Of a stretch of DNA of 64,000 nucleotides, positions 49,723-63,546 are shown piece after piece (the stretch's first letter is position 1; each line of letters begins with the position of its first letter). This stretch comes from Utricularia gibba (taxonomy: Eukaryota > Plantae > Magnoliophyta): contig NEEC01000007.1 of NCBI GenBank assembly GCA_002189035.1, positions 992,001-1,056,000 on the forward strand, given 5' to 3'. Below the pieces are notes generated by a model. It ran no database searches. It was given only the letters and a program-made list of their open reading frames with translations, and was not told where the DNA came from. A program made the position numbers and the translations under genes.

Positions 49723-51863
49723 TTCAATCCACCTTTAAGCAAGATTCATCCAAATAACAGCCTCCCTGAGAGAACCCCAGAATCAAAATTCCCAACTTTT
49801 CGAAAAGAAAACTTTTCAGCACAAAAGGCCGATTCCCCAAGAGATGTTCCTCTGGGTTCCCTTGATCGAAGCTGAAACAGGGGACGAAGAAGAGTTCGTT
49901 TCAAGCACGCATAACAAGAGTGGACGCAAACCCAGTTGAACCGCGGCTGCGTGAACTTTGAAGATTCCAATCGGGTAACCTCCAAACACAATAACTTTGC
50001 TTTTTCTACCAGAAAGAAAAAAAAAAAAAAACTTGTCTTCTCGTCACTCGGCAGCCAACGAAGAAAAAAGGTGAAATGGGGGAAAAGTAAACAGCGCACG
50101 GAAGGGAGGCCTGTTTCCACTACATAAAAATAAATGGCGTTAATGGGGAGACGTGAGCTGACCTTACGCTGCCCGCTTTCGAACTTTATGGCTTCGTACA
50201 TGTGCGTTTTGGCCCATCATTTTCCGACTGTGCTTCGGTGGATAACTCAAATTCAGCTCCAAGATTCTCCAATGGCTGACACCTACCCTCGGGTGAAGGA
50301 GAAGGTCGCATATTGTACTATTATTTATTCTCCCAATAATCAGCCATTTATCATTTTGGGAATACAAAGAAAAATTATATTTAAATTTCTTTTTAATGTT
50401 CACTTTCATAAACAGCCCATAACACGAATGCACGCCCACCGCAGCAAGATTCGATTTTTATTTCATTTCTCAATCATCATTTGCATATGTAATCATGGTA
50501 TTGGAGCATGCTGACAGCGTGGCAATCCTCTCATTTTCAGGACTTGTGGTTCTTTATCTGTATTCTGAATTCCCATGTCTGCTGTTGAGGCAGAGTCCTT
50601 GAACAAAATGGCATCATGCTTCAACTCCCTAGCAGATCTTTGGCCTATCTGTCATGCTGTCGATCCCAGCTGTTGTCCACACCCCCATCGCTCTCTGGGT
50701 CCAACTCGATCGAGTCTGTGAGCTACGTGGTCTAGATCGAGGTTGAGTCTGTGAGCAATCAACAGAAAGCTTCTTCCTTTTCTTTGTATACCCACCATGG
50801 GATTGATTCTATCACCAGTACAGGGTCTCCATGTGCTGCCTGCACCGGAGGAGATTGGTTGATCTGTTTGTTATTTGCTTGGAAACTATGGCAACTGCAT
50901 CAAAAGAGATTTGCAGTAAGGGGAGAGGAGAAGAGAAATGGCTCCCAAACAAGTGATGAAACTATGTTCCCAGATGTCAATGGTGGCCTCCCACAGTCAC
51001 CCCATTACAACAAACATTCATACCCCACTTGCTCCATCCCACTTCGTGCATATTTCTAGGAATTTCACAAAGTTGGGTAAAGAATCCCAGAACTTCGACC
51101 GTGAAGCCATTATACCAGACAGATCAGCTTGAAGTTTGTCAATATAACACAAACAAAATCGATGCAGTCATTCTATTGAAACTTAAACTGGAGCTGACGA
51201 AAAAATTTTGGAGCCTCAAAAGCAATTATTACACTTTAGACTACACGCCCTCACACGCAAAATGTTGAGTCACTACCCATGGAATGCACACCGATCTCCC
51301 TCATCTACGTTACCCTGAAATCCATGGAATCATCATCAAATCCCATCACACTATCATAAAAAATCCCATCCATGAACCTGCCAGACAACAGGTGAAGCTT
51401 GCCACACCACTAAAGTCATGAATACCAGTGTTTGTGATTGATGTAAGGGACGGTTCTGTATGTTTTCCAAAGAACACATTTCAGGCCTGAAGGAAACTAA
51501 ACTAGGCAAATAACATGGGCATTGATGATGCACAAGTTGTGGATAGTGGAGCTTCCCCCCTCAGCATTCACACTTTATCCCACTTTAACCCTCACAGCTT
51601 TTCAAAAGGAAAAGAAATACCCCAACATCAATATGAGGAAGAGGAACCGGCACCTTTTTATCTCGAATGACTCAAACCCCTAAAATCTAACGCACATTCA
51701 ACCCTTTACACATCAAATGCACACTCCTCAGTGCATTCCATCCTTCGATTTCACTTTTTCAATCCACAACATACATAAACTGCGGCCAAGACTCGTTTCG
51801 TACCGTCGCATAACAAGCCCACATGCAAGAAACTCACACAAAAGCTCCCAAGATAAACAGTAA

Positions 51864-51889
51864 TGTGTGTGTGTGTGTGTGTGTGTGTG
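51864..51889. repeat. (TG)13 microsatellite
   Basis: Uninterrupted TG run. Confidence 0.95.
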
Positions 51890-53204
51890 AGTGAGTGGGG
51901 TAAAAAAGGTAGAAGCGCGAAGGGATGATTCCCCCTTCAAAGTAAAAGGGGTGAGATTCCATGTGAACATTCTCCCCTGCCATAAATCCAACAGACTTTA
52001 GGTTATAAGTCAACCCACAAAGCAAAGTCTTTTGGTTCTGTCATTCCCTTCCTCTTTATTCTCATTCCTCGTGCTCATGAGGACGACTCACAAGTCTTGA
52101 TGAACCTTTTTTTTGTATTAATAATTAATTTTAAAAAGAAATAATGGCCAATATTATATAATTTTTTACTTTTTTAAAAAGACGCCAGAAAAATGTCGCA
52201 ATTTCAAATTAATTAACCGTTATCAAAGCGAATAAAAATAAATAAAAATTGCATATTTAATGTTCTGTTGGGCCTTACCTTTTCTTCATGAGCCTATTTA
52301 AGGTTCTGGCCCGTTTTATACGGGCCAGGGTCATCATGACTCGTGAGACACGTGGCATGTTAGTTGGGCCGGAGGTGGCAGTGTGCTTTTTTAGGAATAA
52401 TCAAAATTGGTAATAAAAATGATGACTAAATTTCCATAAATTCTGAATATAATTCCAATTTCCATAATTTTTAAATTATTTGAGGTTTAAAAGGCACGGC
52501 TACATTGAAAATCCTTTATTTACTCATATTTTTTAAAATTAATTAATTAATTATCGTAACAATTAATCTCTTAATTAATAAATAAACTAAATTAATTAGA
52601 AATAATTCCCCCTCAAATCCTCTGTCTGCCTCGTCGCGACAATTTCCAAGGACTAGGCCCTATTCTCCCCAGTCTCCACTTTCTTGTTGAATCAAGGGAG
52701 GAGTCCTTTTTATTCCCCCGAATCTGCCCCTACTCCTACGGCCCCATCAATGTCGTGCATTCCCAATGCGGAGGGGCATTGATGTCTTTTCTTGCATGGC
52801 TACGCCCTAGCGCAAGCCTGTGCTGCGCCACCCACCACTCTCCATGTTTTCAGAATTGCCTCCGCACCAAAAACTATACGCATGCTCTCCTTCATCATCA
52901 TGATGGTTTGTGTGTGGAACTGCGCAGAAGTGAATAGCGAGAATATCATTAATGGAGTCGAGGTGGGGTGGGGAATTCTTTTATGATAGGATCAGCTTGT
53001 TTGGGAATTTAGGATTCACTTGTGTTCATTGGACGATCCTGTGGTATCTTGGAAGAGATCGTCTCTTCTTTTTCTTATTTTGTGCACAGATATTGATGCT
53101 TCGTATGATTGGTTGGATTGGTGTATAAATATGGCACCAGATTCACTGCTTTTCCATCTCCCATGCGATCTATCCACACAGATCGTGTCTGTGTGAAGGG
53201 GAAG

Positions 53205-53909
53205 ATGGAGGGTGGAGATGGGAGTCATGGAAATGGGTCTGGGGGTCGAGATGGAATCCAACGAAGGAGCAAATAGCGATGCTGGAAGGGTTGTACAAGC
53301 AAGGATTGAGGACTCCGAGTGCTGAACAGATTCAGCAGATCAGTAACAGGTTGAAGGATTTTGGTCACATTGAAGGCAAAAATGTTTTCTACTGGTTTCA
53401 GAATCACAAAGCCCGGCAAAGACAGAAGCAGAAACAAGAGGATTTGGCGTATTTCAACACTTTTCTTCATCAGGCTCATCCCATTTTACCTCCACCCTAT
53501 CATCATCATCCTCAAGGTTGGATACATTCTGAAACACTGAGGAATCGAATGCAGTTGATTTGTATGTAATCTAATGTTACGGCTTTTTGGGTGTGTTGAA
53601 GTTATTTGCAGCAGCCCATGTTACAGCGTGGCTCCAAATCCAACGAGGAGTCATCATCAGTTTATGTATCATCAGCAACAACACTACGAGAAACAGCTGC
53701 AAATCGCAGGCGCCAGGGGAATGAAGAGGAGCAGGGGAAGTGTGGAGGAGCAGAACGGTAACATAAGCACCAATCACATTACGGAAACACTGGACTTGTT
53801 CCCAGTTCATCCAACGGGGCTTTTGGAGGAATCAACGGCTGAGAAAGAGCAGAATGAGGAAGGCGAAGAGGAAGGATGGTTTTCTATGGGAGTCGAGAAA
53901 AATCACTGA
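53205..53909 (+). CDS. WOX2: WUSCHEL-related homeobox WOX2-like; 2 exons; apparent 1-bp frameshift at G5 53241-53245
   Basis: [64 protein letters not shown] and WUS box [11 protein letters not shown]. The ATG at 53205 joins the homeodomain frame only if one G is added. Confidence 0.85.
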
Positions 53910-54348
53910 AATTAAGATCTTGAGAGATGGGTATCGATTAGTTTCACTCAAGATCATAATTTTTTGCTGTTTTGAGGGGTTGCTTCTCGAGCTAGGCTAT
54001 AGACAGAGTTTGAAAGGCAGCCAAGACTGCTGCGCTGCGCTGCGCGCTTGACTGTTGGATTCTGCTGCCTTTTCTTTTGCTTTGTGTTTGTTTCAAGGAG
54101 ATTGATTCCACATGACAGCCCACAGTTACTCCACGTTTTGCTACTTGATTGGCTTTTAGTACTTTCAAACCAGTAGTATTGACAACACTCTACAAAAGAA
54201 TATTTGCCATCCGCACAACCATGAAAGAATCGCTCTGTTTTGCATGAATGGTTCTTCTTCTACATTCTACACAATATACAACTCCCAAAACACTATACTG
54301 CAAATAAAGAATGATGGCCGATGGACCTGAGAAACATTGCATTTCAGC

Positions 54349-57300
54349 TCATTTCTTCTTGTGTAGAACCAGCATACCTACAAAGGCTGTGCCACGGAGA
54401 ACCACACCAACGATGATGAGGTAGAGCAGGCACAGACCCCAGTTGTGAACGTTGTATCCGAATCTTTGCAGCACGCCGCAGCGCGTTAGAAGCCAGACGC
54501 CATGGTATCTGAGCAAATGAGGTAGTGAATGTTAGCTCTCAGAACGCGAGATTTCAGGGGTGCAAAGAAGTGTGCTGCCTGCCCGCTAGTTTAGATGGTA
54601 AAACTATCTACCTGTTTGCGTTTGCGATGACGAATGCTTCAAGAGTCCACTTGGGATAACAGATATTCGACACAGCTGACACCACTCTGCTTGGTTCCGC
54701 CTGAGTGGAGATGAGCGTCAAGACCACTGGTAACAGTACTGATAACTGCATTAAGTTGGAGATTGAGACGTGATTTAGCAGAGCATGTGGGGATGTTACA
54801 TAATACAGTATGGATACAGGGGAGAGCAGTTACCAGTTGGGAAGGCCCGGGTTCGAGAAATATGGCAAGTGTGTAACCGATTCCAGTGACACAGTACACG
54901 AGGCAGAGCAGGACGATGTAGTTGTCAGCAAATGATGATCTGGGATTACTGAAGAAGTAAAACATTGAGAGATAGACCACAGGCTTGATCAACACATTGA
55001 AGATGTCGACGGTATCCTTTGCGACAAAGTGAGCCAGACTGCTGATCCCCGAAGCACTTTCCCTCCAATATTGCAACTTGTCCAGAGAAAATGTTCTTAG
55101 AGATGCAATCTTGCATAGAAGAGCTGAAACCAGTGAAATGCGCTAAAAAGTCAAGATCCATGATAGAAATATGTCACCTAAACGGCACTCTTAATACACT
55201 TGAAGTTGTATATGAATAATTTAAAGCTAATGTACTTCAGGGAAGGTGCAAGCAAGCAGAAGAAGAATTTGTATGTACTTACAAACAGCAATCACTGTAT
55301 ATGTGTATGCAGCAAATCCAAAAGTCCAGTTATTCGCTCTCTCCAATGTACCCAAGCATGCCCCTGCTATTAACAGGATAAGATAATCCACTGCCTGTGT
55401 TTTAGCATCACGGAGTCGCTGCTTAGTCATCCTGGATACATCATTCAGATTAGATAGCAGGTAATCAGACCATCAATACTACAACCAGTAGGAACGTTAA
55501 CACAAGTACCTGCCAAGGAAATATTTGTACTGAGTGAGTATGTTTGGCGTTCTTCTATTGGACAAGTCAGTTGACTTTAGGAATTTGTGTTTTACTATAT
55601 CCCTCCGAGTTTCCATGTTGAGCTTAAGATCTTGCAGGAACTCACCCAGAAATGATTTTTCCCCGTTGGAGGAGCCAACAGAGTCTTGACTATGATAGTG
55701 ACCATTGTCAAGAGTTGGCAGAGCATCATCAGGAACATCAGATCTCATATCTGGTGGGATAGGATAGCCATTGTGCAGCATCCATCTCACAGGGAGCTCT
55801 TTGTAACTAACAGCTGTTCCAGACTTTTCTTTTACCATGCCTTCCAAAATGTCGATGTAGTGATCTGGTGGATTCACACGCTCCGGAACTACAATACCAA
55901 GGTTCGAAAAATATTGTTCCATTCTTTTAGCTGATCCATGATATGCAGTAAGACCCCCTTTGCTAGAAGTACCAAATCATCGAACATCTGAAACAATGTA
56001 TAGCTGGAACAGAAAATACAGAATATTACATAAGTTGGATAGCATGAGCTCAGTTTCACTGAATTTACGAAATCTAGAAGTGATCATTACCTTGGTTGAT
56101 GGACCACCATGCAAACATTTACACCTTCTATGGCTTCTCGTCTAAGCGCTCTCAAAAGTAACAGCGATGAGGTGCTGTCCAAACCAGACGTAGGCTCGTC
56201 CAAGAACAACAGAGATGGCTCTATTACCATTTCAATGCCAACATTCACACGTTTTCGCTGACCTCCAGAAATGCCTCTGTTCTCCACTGTCCCAACAATG
56301 GAACCCCGTACAGCTTGCAAACCTAAGGAACTAATGACCCTTTCGACCACAAGTACCTTGTCCTTCTTAGGTAAATCTGCAGACAATCTTCAAAAACATT
56401 CAAGATGTTAAACGCAGTAGATAGAAAGAAAAATGGAAAAGGTCAACCAATCAAGATCACTCCATACAGAATTTTAAAGGTAAAGCACTGAATTTATATA
56501 AGGCAGGTATCTACAAGAACATACCTGCAATGTGCACTAAACCATAGGTTTTCCTCAACAGTCAAATTTCCATGCACAATATCATCTTGCGGCACAAAAC
56601 CGATGATCTTTGTGTATGAATGAATAGAAACTGATTCCCCGTTGATCAGAATGGTTCCATTGACCCTGCATCCAACTGTTTTACCAGTTAGAGCAGAAAG
56701 AAAAGTTGTTTTTCCTGCACCTGAGGGACCCATGATAGCAGTGATGCGGCCTGGCCTAATCTTTCCAGTGACAGACTTCAAAAGAATTTTATTTTTGCCC
56801 TTCAGAGTGACAGTTAGATCACTAAAAGAAATCTCAATAGGAGGTCGTCTCCTAGTTTCATGGTGTGTGGCCATTGCAAGCACTCCTGAGAAAGTAGCAT
56901 TCTTGTTCCCCTGCATCTGAGCGTTCTCCTTCTCAAGCTGTGAGTAGGCATACTTGAAAATCTGGCTTTCAGTGTTAATGTCCTTATCCTTGGTCAATCT
57001 CTTCCTTGCTTTTTTGTGATGCTCATCTTTCATGGCATTTGTCATGTCGATGTAATGATTGTCGTCAATTTCATCCCTTTCATTTTCAGAAAGTGGAAAA
57101 GACTCAGAAGTTGATGCCTGAGAGACCGCTGATGGAATAGGATACAAATCACGGCCTGTTTCTTTTTGTATCTCTTTTAATGGGACATCATCTGCTGTGC
57201 TTGGAGTCCTTCCAAGAAATCTTCCAGATAATTGAGAATGTAATTTGAGGGCATTCTTTTTAACAGAATCTTTTGCAGCTTTCCATCTGGCAACTGCTTG

Positions 57301-59151
57301 ATTCTTCCTCCTCACTGTTTTTATTGCTGCTTCCCTGGACTTGGATGCTCTTCTTTCCCGTGTAGCAATAATTTGGTCAGAACATGTGTATATGACGAGC
57401 AAAATAGCACTTAATGCAGCCTGAAAAAAAAAAGTCTCGTAAGGATCCATCTCCAGAACAATGAATAAAAGGAAGAAGATTATCTAGGCATAAAATGAAT
57501 CCATGGAAGCTCAACGTTTTAATGAACTTACAATGAGCATGGCTCCATAAATCCGCAGATTTTGATTAGCTGTGTTCTCACTGCATGATGTCAATCGTAT
57601 GCATCCTACAGAACCAGCACACAATTAGATAAGCTCAACACATTCTTCTCAAACCATAAAACCAATGTCATTCTAGTGAAGAAACTGCAGTAGAGAATTA
57701 TAGGCCTTGATCAACGACACCCTCTACATATATCCTTTTGGGTTCTGCACATATTCTACTACAAACGAACACACACAATTCAAGTACCAACAATGTGTCA
57801 AGCTACGAGCTTCAACACACATCCATCTAAAATAGATGCAACATATTTACACCAAAACTTACTTGTCTGTTCTGTTGAACCCATGGGGCAATAGTTCCTG
57901 TGAAATAAGCAGATAAGAAACATAAATACCAAGCCTTAAAAAACAAAAAAACACAAGGAACTTTCAAATTCCAGTATAAAATGCAATACCCAGATGTACA
58001 GGGTATTCTCTGTGTGGTCGTTGGACAATAAGAACCAGCGGGACAAAAAGTATCCCAGCTTCTTGAAGCATCTGACCATACATTTGCAGCACCACAGGTA
58101 TAATTTCGCATTGAGGGTGGTACCCGGTAATTGTATCTGAAGATAAACTAAAGTTATTTCCGCACAAACATAGAAAACATGGGGAAATTTTAAGGAACTT
58201 ACGGTGCACATCTTCCAGTGCCATCTGCCTCGGCTCGAGGGCAGTAGGCGCCCTGTGGACAAGCTACATGAAGCACAGCAACTCGGTATAAATCTTGAGA
58301 ATAAGCAGTTACCCAGTAAAAGAAGATTTTTAAATAACTTACGTAGCATACAAGTCAGCCCATTTGGGCAAAAGAAACCTTCGCAACAAGGAGAACATTG
58401 TGTTCCTCTTGCAGGCACAGTCGAAGATTCCTGAAGGTCTACAGGCTCCTCAGAATCAGCGCTGCAAGCCAATCCGGCTTCACAACCGAAGATCCAGTTA
58501 GAGGAATTGCAGTTCCGATTAGGCGGAGTAGACCCAGTTCGTATATAACCGAAATAGACTTCGACTTCCGCCGCTGTGCAAAGCCTCCGAGGAAGATCTG
58601 CCGTTGCAAACCAGAAAAGCGGCAGTTAGAATACTAAAATGGCTAGCCTGCTTAGCTTTCGCATAAAAAAATATTATTCTTCATTAAAAAACTCTATTTC
58701 CGGTGCGAATGCGTGTGACAGCCGTCGCCGGCGAGCGGGTTAACGGTCACCTGGAGTTGTGGCCAGACACTCAGTCAAAAAGCTCGAATCCTGATAATTG
58801 AAAGCTCTATTCCATTCATCATCCCTGATCGAGATAAGAGAGATTACTTCGTTAAATCATAGAACCCAGAAAGCAACAACAACCAACATTCATGCTTTCA
58901 ATGTCGAGAAAAATGGGAACAAGTGGATACGGGTTCCGAATGCAGAATCTGTACTCTCTCGCCAATCTACTCGATAAAATTTCACTTGTCAGGTTTCGAA
59001 GCCCGGTTTGCGCTAGTGGATCTGAAAACTGGGGTGGGCTCAAATTCTGCAACTGGCACTGAACAAGCCCCAGCAAGCTGAAAACGAGTAGCAGAGAAGC
59101 AGGGATGAAGGTGGACGGACATGCGGAGAAGCTTATTTTTTTTCTCCTCAT
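54349..59151 (-). CDS. ABC transporter G family, ABCG24/ABCG28 (WBC) type with Cys-rich N-terminal extracellular region; multi-exon
   Basis: Signal peptide, [13 protein letters not shown], Walker [30 protein letters not shown], signature [12 protein letters not shown], Walker [25 protein letters not shown] and last exon [15 protein letters not shown]. Confidence 0.93.
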
Positions 59152-59962
59152 TCTTCTCGACCCAAGAACTTCTTCAATCTGAGAGTTCTTCCGGAATGAA
59201 ATGTGTACTTAAACGAGAAGTTGTCAACCCAAGCAGAAAATCATTGAACATGTGGTGGTTTCGGTTTCCCATACGCATAGAAGCCTCGAACTGCTTTCCT
59301 TCAGACGGCTGCCAAATCTGACCGAAAGATCAACGGTCAACTCACAAAGCATTATATTTTCTCCGGGGGTTATTTAGAAAACTACCCTCGGAAAATGAGT
59401 TTAGAAACTCCGGTCACCGGTAGAAGTTGCCCATCTCAAAAAAAAAAAAAAAAAAGAAAAAAAGAAAAAGAAAACGATGTTACAGTTGATATTCCGTGTT
59501 TCATTTTCCAACACACAGAGAGAGCGCCGCAAAGTCGAACTCTGTGGGCTGCTTGATAAGATAATTCTGTCTATCCAAGGAAATGCGTGGACTAATGTCG
59601 TGTAAGAATGCAGACAAGAATATCGATATACAATGTCAACTTGCCATTAGTCCTTTTCTATCACAAGTTCTGGACTTGCGTAACAATTTTGATGTTTGGT
59701 ATACAATTTCACTGCATCCTATCCATTTCTGATGAGTTTCCTGTGTTATACGTGGTTCTTCGTATCATATTTCTGACTGTTGCCAGTTTCTTTTAGACTG
59801 GTAAACTGATAGAAGAAACAGAGATAAGTATGCTGCACAGCAGATGCTATTCCGCAGAGAGACTGATCATTAATGGACATGACCAAGGAGCTTGATGTGT
59901 ATGCAGCAAATGAGTAAGCATTTCAACACTTTACAGGGGGTTGCAGTTATGGGGACTGACCA

Positions 59963-62518
59963 TCAGCTCATTTTGTCAACAATTTTAGAGATGGCTGAAT
60001 AGGTCCCAAGTGCAGAAGACATTACGCCTATTCCAATGACCAGTTGGCACGCCAGTCTCTGGAAGCAAGAAATTGTAAGTGGGAGCATTTCTCTCCTTGA
60101 AAACAAGGGTGATTTGATCCATACATACCTGGAAGATGCTGATTTTTCCTCTTAAGATGCTTAAGTAGCATACACATGGAAGAATCAAGGTCTGTCGAAC
60201 GACCCAGAGAGTGAAAAGCAGAAACAAGGCAAAGTACTCGGGGATATTGACAAGGTTAGAAAGCTTACGACTAGCATTGTAAGTAAAGAACCAATGAGTG
60301 CCAAAACCAGACCTGCATATTTGTTTTGTCAGTAGACATGGATGGATGCAGTGGAGTTGAAATGCTTGAAACTTACCGAAGTATGGGATGGTAAGGCCAA
60401 CAAGCAGCGTAGAGATCACCAATGCTGTCCTTATGAGAATCGAATATGTTGAAAATTTGGTATTTGTTGGGGGTATCAGTTCCTCCAGGCTCATTGCCAC
60501 TGGAGACAGGGTCAATGCATATGTAATACATGTTAAGGAAACCTATCCAGAAGCATAGTCTAAAGGACGGGATTGTGAATAAAAGAAAAGGATATTTGGT
60601 GAATGGGTTGACGACCTGAAAAAGGGATGCAAGCAGTGGAGTTACTACCTCAGAACTTCTAGTTGTGTGGTTACCAACAAGATGAGAGAACTTACTGTAG
60701 TCCAAACAGCAATCTTGGACGCAAGGAATTCTTTTGGAAGGTTGAGAGTGAACTGGGATTGAGTCGACTGCCCGAACATTTGATATCCCATAACGGCCAC
60801 TGCTGCATACATCAGAGTGCAGATTCCGAAGCTTGTGCATCACCAAAGAGTAAGATTATCATAGTTAGTATGCTACAGCTGTCATCATAGTTTCCATCCT
60901 TAATGTTTACCTTGTTAGGAGAACAGCTGTGTACTGGCTTGGGTTTTGCATTGATGAATAGATATTGGGAAAGACAGCATGACCAGAGTAGCAAAAACCA
61001 TAGAGACCAATAGCCACGGGAAGCGTGGAAAGGTTCAGTGTTGCTCCCTTTGAGTGTTCGTTGACATGATCCACTAACCCAACCCAGAATAAACAAGCAA
61101 CGACCAAGATCGAGGCTAAGACACCCCCAGCTGAAGTGAGAATGTACATAAAGTTAGCTTTCAAGATGTTGCCATCTCTGCATTTAGTTTAGGAGAGACA
61201 TTGTACTATTTTCTGGTTTTGCTTACCGGATATGTAGCTAAGAACACTCATATCCCTTAGCCAAACTGTTGGAAGAACTGCAAAGGTGACTATCAGTGCA
61301 AAAAGAATGTGAGAGTTCAGCTCACATAGACCCAATTTAAGGTGGACATTTGGGAACAAAGATGACAAATTGTCACTCTCCAGGATAAGGTACTCGATAC
61401 TACATGCCTGGAGATATGAGAACAACTGGAAAATGAATCTGCTGTAGAAAGCCGGTAAACAATTGAGTTGCACTAGTACTTACATATAACTCCACATAGA
61501 GAACAATCTGCAGCAAAGGAAATACTTTTAGAAATTATAACATTGTTTTCCTAAGTGGGTAACAGGAATGAAAGACATAATAAAGCAGGAAAATGATTCA
61601 GCTGTAACTGTGGCGGGGAAGCAGCAGTCTGAATCATTCCAAGAATAGCTTGCAGAGTAGACTTACTGATACAAAAATACGGCCTGTAGTGCCGAAGGCA
61701 GCCTGGCCAATGTCGGGGTATGTTTGAAGCCCTGGTTGACTATCTAAGCAGCTTCTCAAGAGAATTCCAGTGTAAAAAGACAGCAATGCATAGACAAGAA
61801 GTATTGATATCCCAAGCCAACCTCCTTGTCTAACAGCATATGGTGTAGAAAGAATTCCAACACCACATAAAACATTCATTCCTGAAAATCAACTTAACAT
61901 CAGTTCACTGAGACCAAAAACTCCTATCATAATCTCCACAAGGATAATAGACAACCATTTATCACAGCCTGTCCATAAGAACTCTGTCGAAAAACCGGAG
62001 GTTCTTGTTCTTCCATAATAGATTGCTTCTTATCAGAGACGACCTTTTTAAAACTAGGCTGTCCCAGATTTGGGGTGGGCTGTAGAAAACTTGATGCTGG
62101 TTTTTCCTCATCTGCTGTCTGAATAAGAGGCTTGTTGAGGAAAGGCAATACGTCATCTGTTCTTTTCCTTAAAATGGAAGACGAAATAAATGAGCTGCCC
62201 AGCCGGGACATGGATATTGCCCCCTGATAGGATGAGGGGAGACTACCCAACAGATCCATCGATTGCCTGAAATACCCGATTCCAAAGATGTATCTCAGAG
62301 TGCACATCGTGCCGAAGATAACATTATATCAACCTGCTTCCATACCTGTAACTTTGAGGCCAAACAGGTTCCAGGATACTGCCTCTTCTTTGGTGGGAAC
62401 CAGCCTCCTCATTCTCACTGGTATCATTGAAAGATTCCGAATCACTTCCTTCTTCATAAGCCTTATCATCTTCATCAGTTTCTATTTTAAAACTCTGGTA
62501 AGAATCTGAATAATGCAT
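59963..62518 (-). CDS. AVT1: Amino acid transporter, AVT1 family (Aa_trans), multi-exon; 5' UTR intron likely (donor ~62966)
   Basis: WPQSYRQSMDL, SSYGQAVING|MNVLCGVGILSTPYAVRQGGW, TYPDIGQAAFG, EYLILESDNL, FCYSGHAVFPNIYSSM and LSILIRTALVIST. Confidence 0.93.
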
Positions 62519-63546
62519 CCTTCCAAACGAGTTGTTGTTGCTCAAACAAACAAAACAGAAACAGGAGTAAACTTTATTGCCAGAAACTGCGGCTACTTAC
62601 CAAAATAGGAGTGCACCTGGTTGGTTGACAGTTACAACCCCCATTTTTAGGACATTAGCCTTACAACATTTTCAGGCATTTATCCATTTTCACAACATCT
62701 GAAACTCTATCCAAAATCCTTTACTCCAAATCGTTCAAGATGACCTATGATTTGATCCCTTTAAATAAAAAGTATTGTTCTTTATCCTGTTCAAATTCAA
62801 ATACAGACAATTTATTTAATGTCTCAGTGGCATGCACAAAACTGACGTGATCATAGACAGCGTTAAGGTGACTTTGAGTACCCCCATTACAAATGTTAGT
62901 CAACTTCTGCACCCAAAACAATAGATTCCCAAAAATATCAGTTCATAAATTTCTGCAGGTTTCTAACCTGGAAGAAGATCAGCCCATCAAGATCTGCATT
63001 GTATCAAGGGCGAAGTTTTCTACGTCCGCTCTTCATCAATTAACGTAACTGACGCTGGAACGTTTACCTACCCTACGCAAAGCAAACCTAAAAAACTACC
63101 CATCTTGGGGTTCCTGTGTTCTGAGCGAATATAGAACTCCGATCTGTCCTTCATCGATCGGTTCAAAGATCAAGCCTTTGACTGATATAGATGAAAATTT
63201 TGATGGTGGTGATAGTATTTTAAATAGGTAGGAAATTGCTGTAAGGGAATTCCAAATTTGGATCTGTAGGGCACGGTTTCGAAATGGGGAGCAGATCTCT
63301 AAGTCAACTCTTTCCGAACAATGGTGCATCACAGAGCGTTGAATCAGAGTCCAGTCTCAAGAGAGGAGACTGGAATCCCCTGCCATTGCCGCATCACAGG
63401 GCGTTGAGTCATTTACACTTGTTTTAATGGGTGATTAGGCAACATCAGTTTTTTTTTTCTTTTTTGATCCAGCATCTTCTCCAGGGCCTCGCTTGAGGTG
63501 TTTCACAGTAACAAAAAGGAACCGCAATGGGGGCAAAGTAATTCCT

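Noticed and set aside
50820-50850. SPCAAC motif suggesting a LOB-domain gene
   Set aside because: The rest of the CX2CX6CX3C motif and the GAS block are absent, so this is a chance match.
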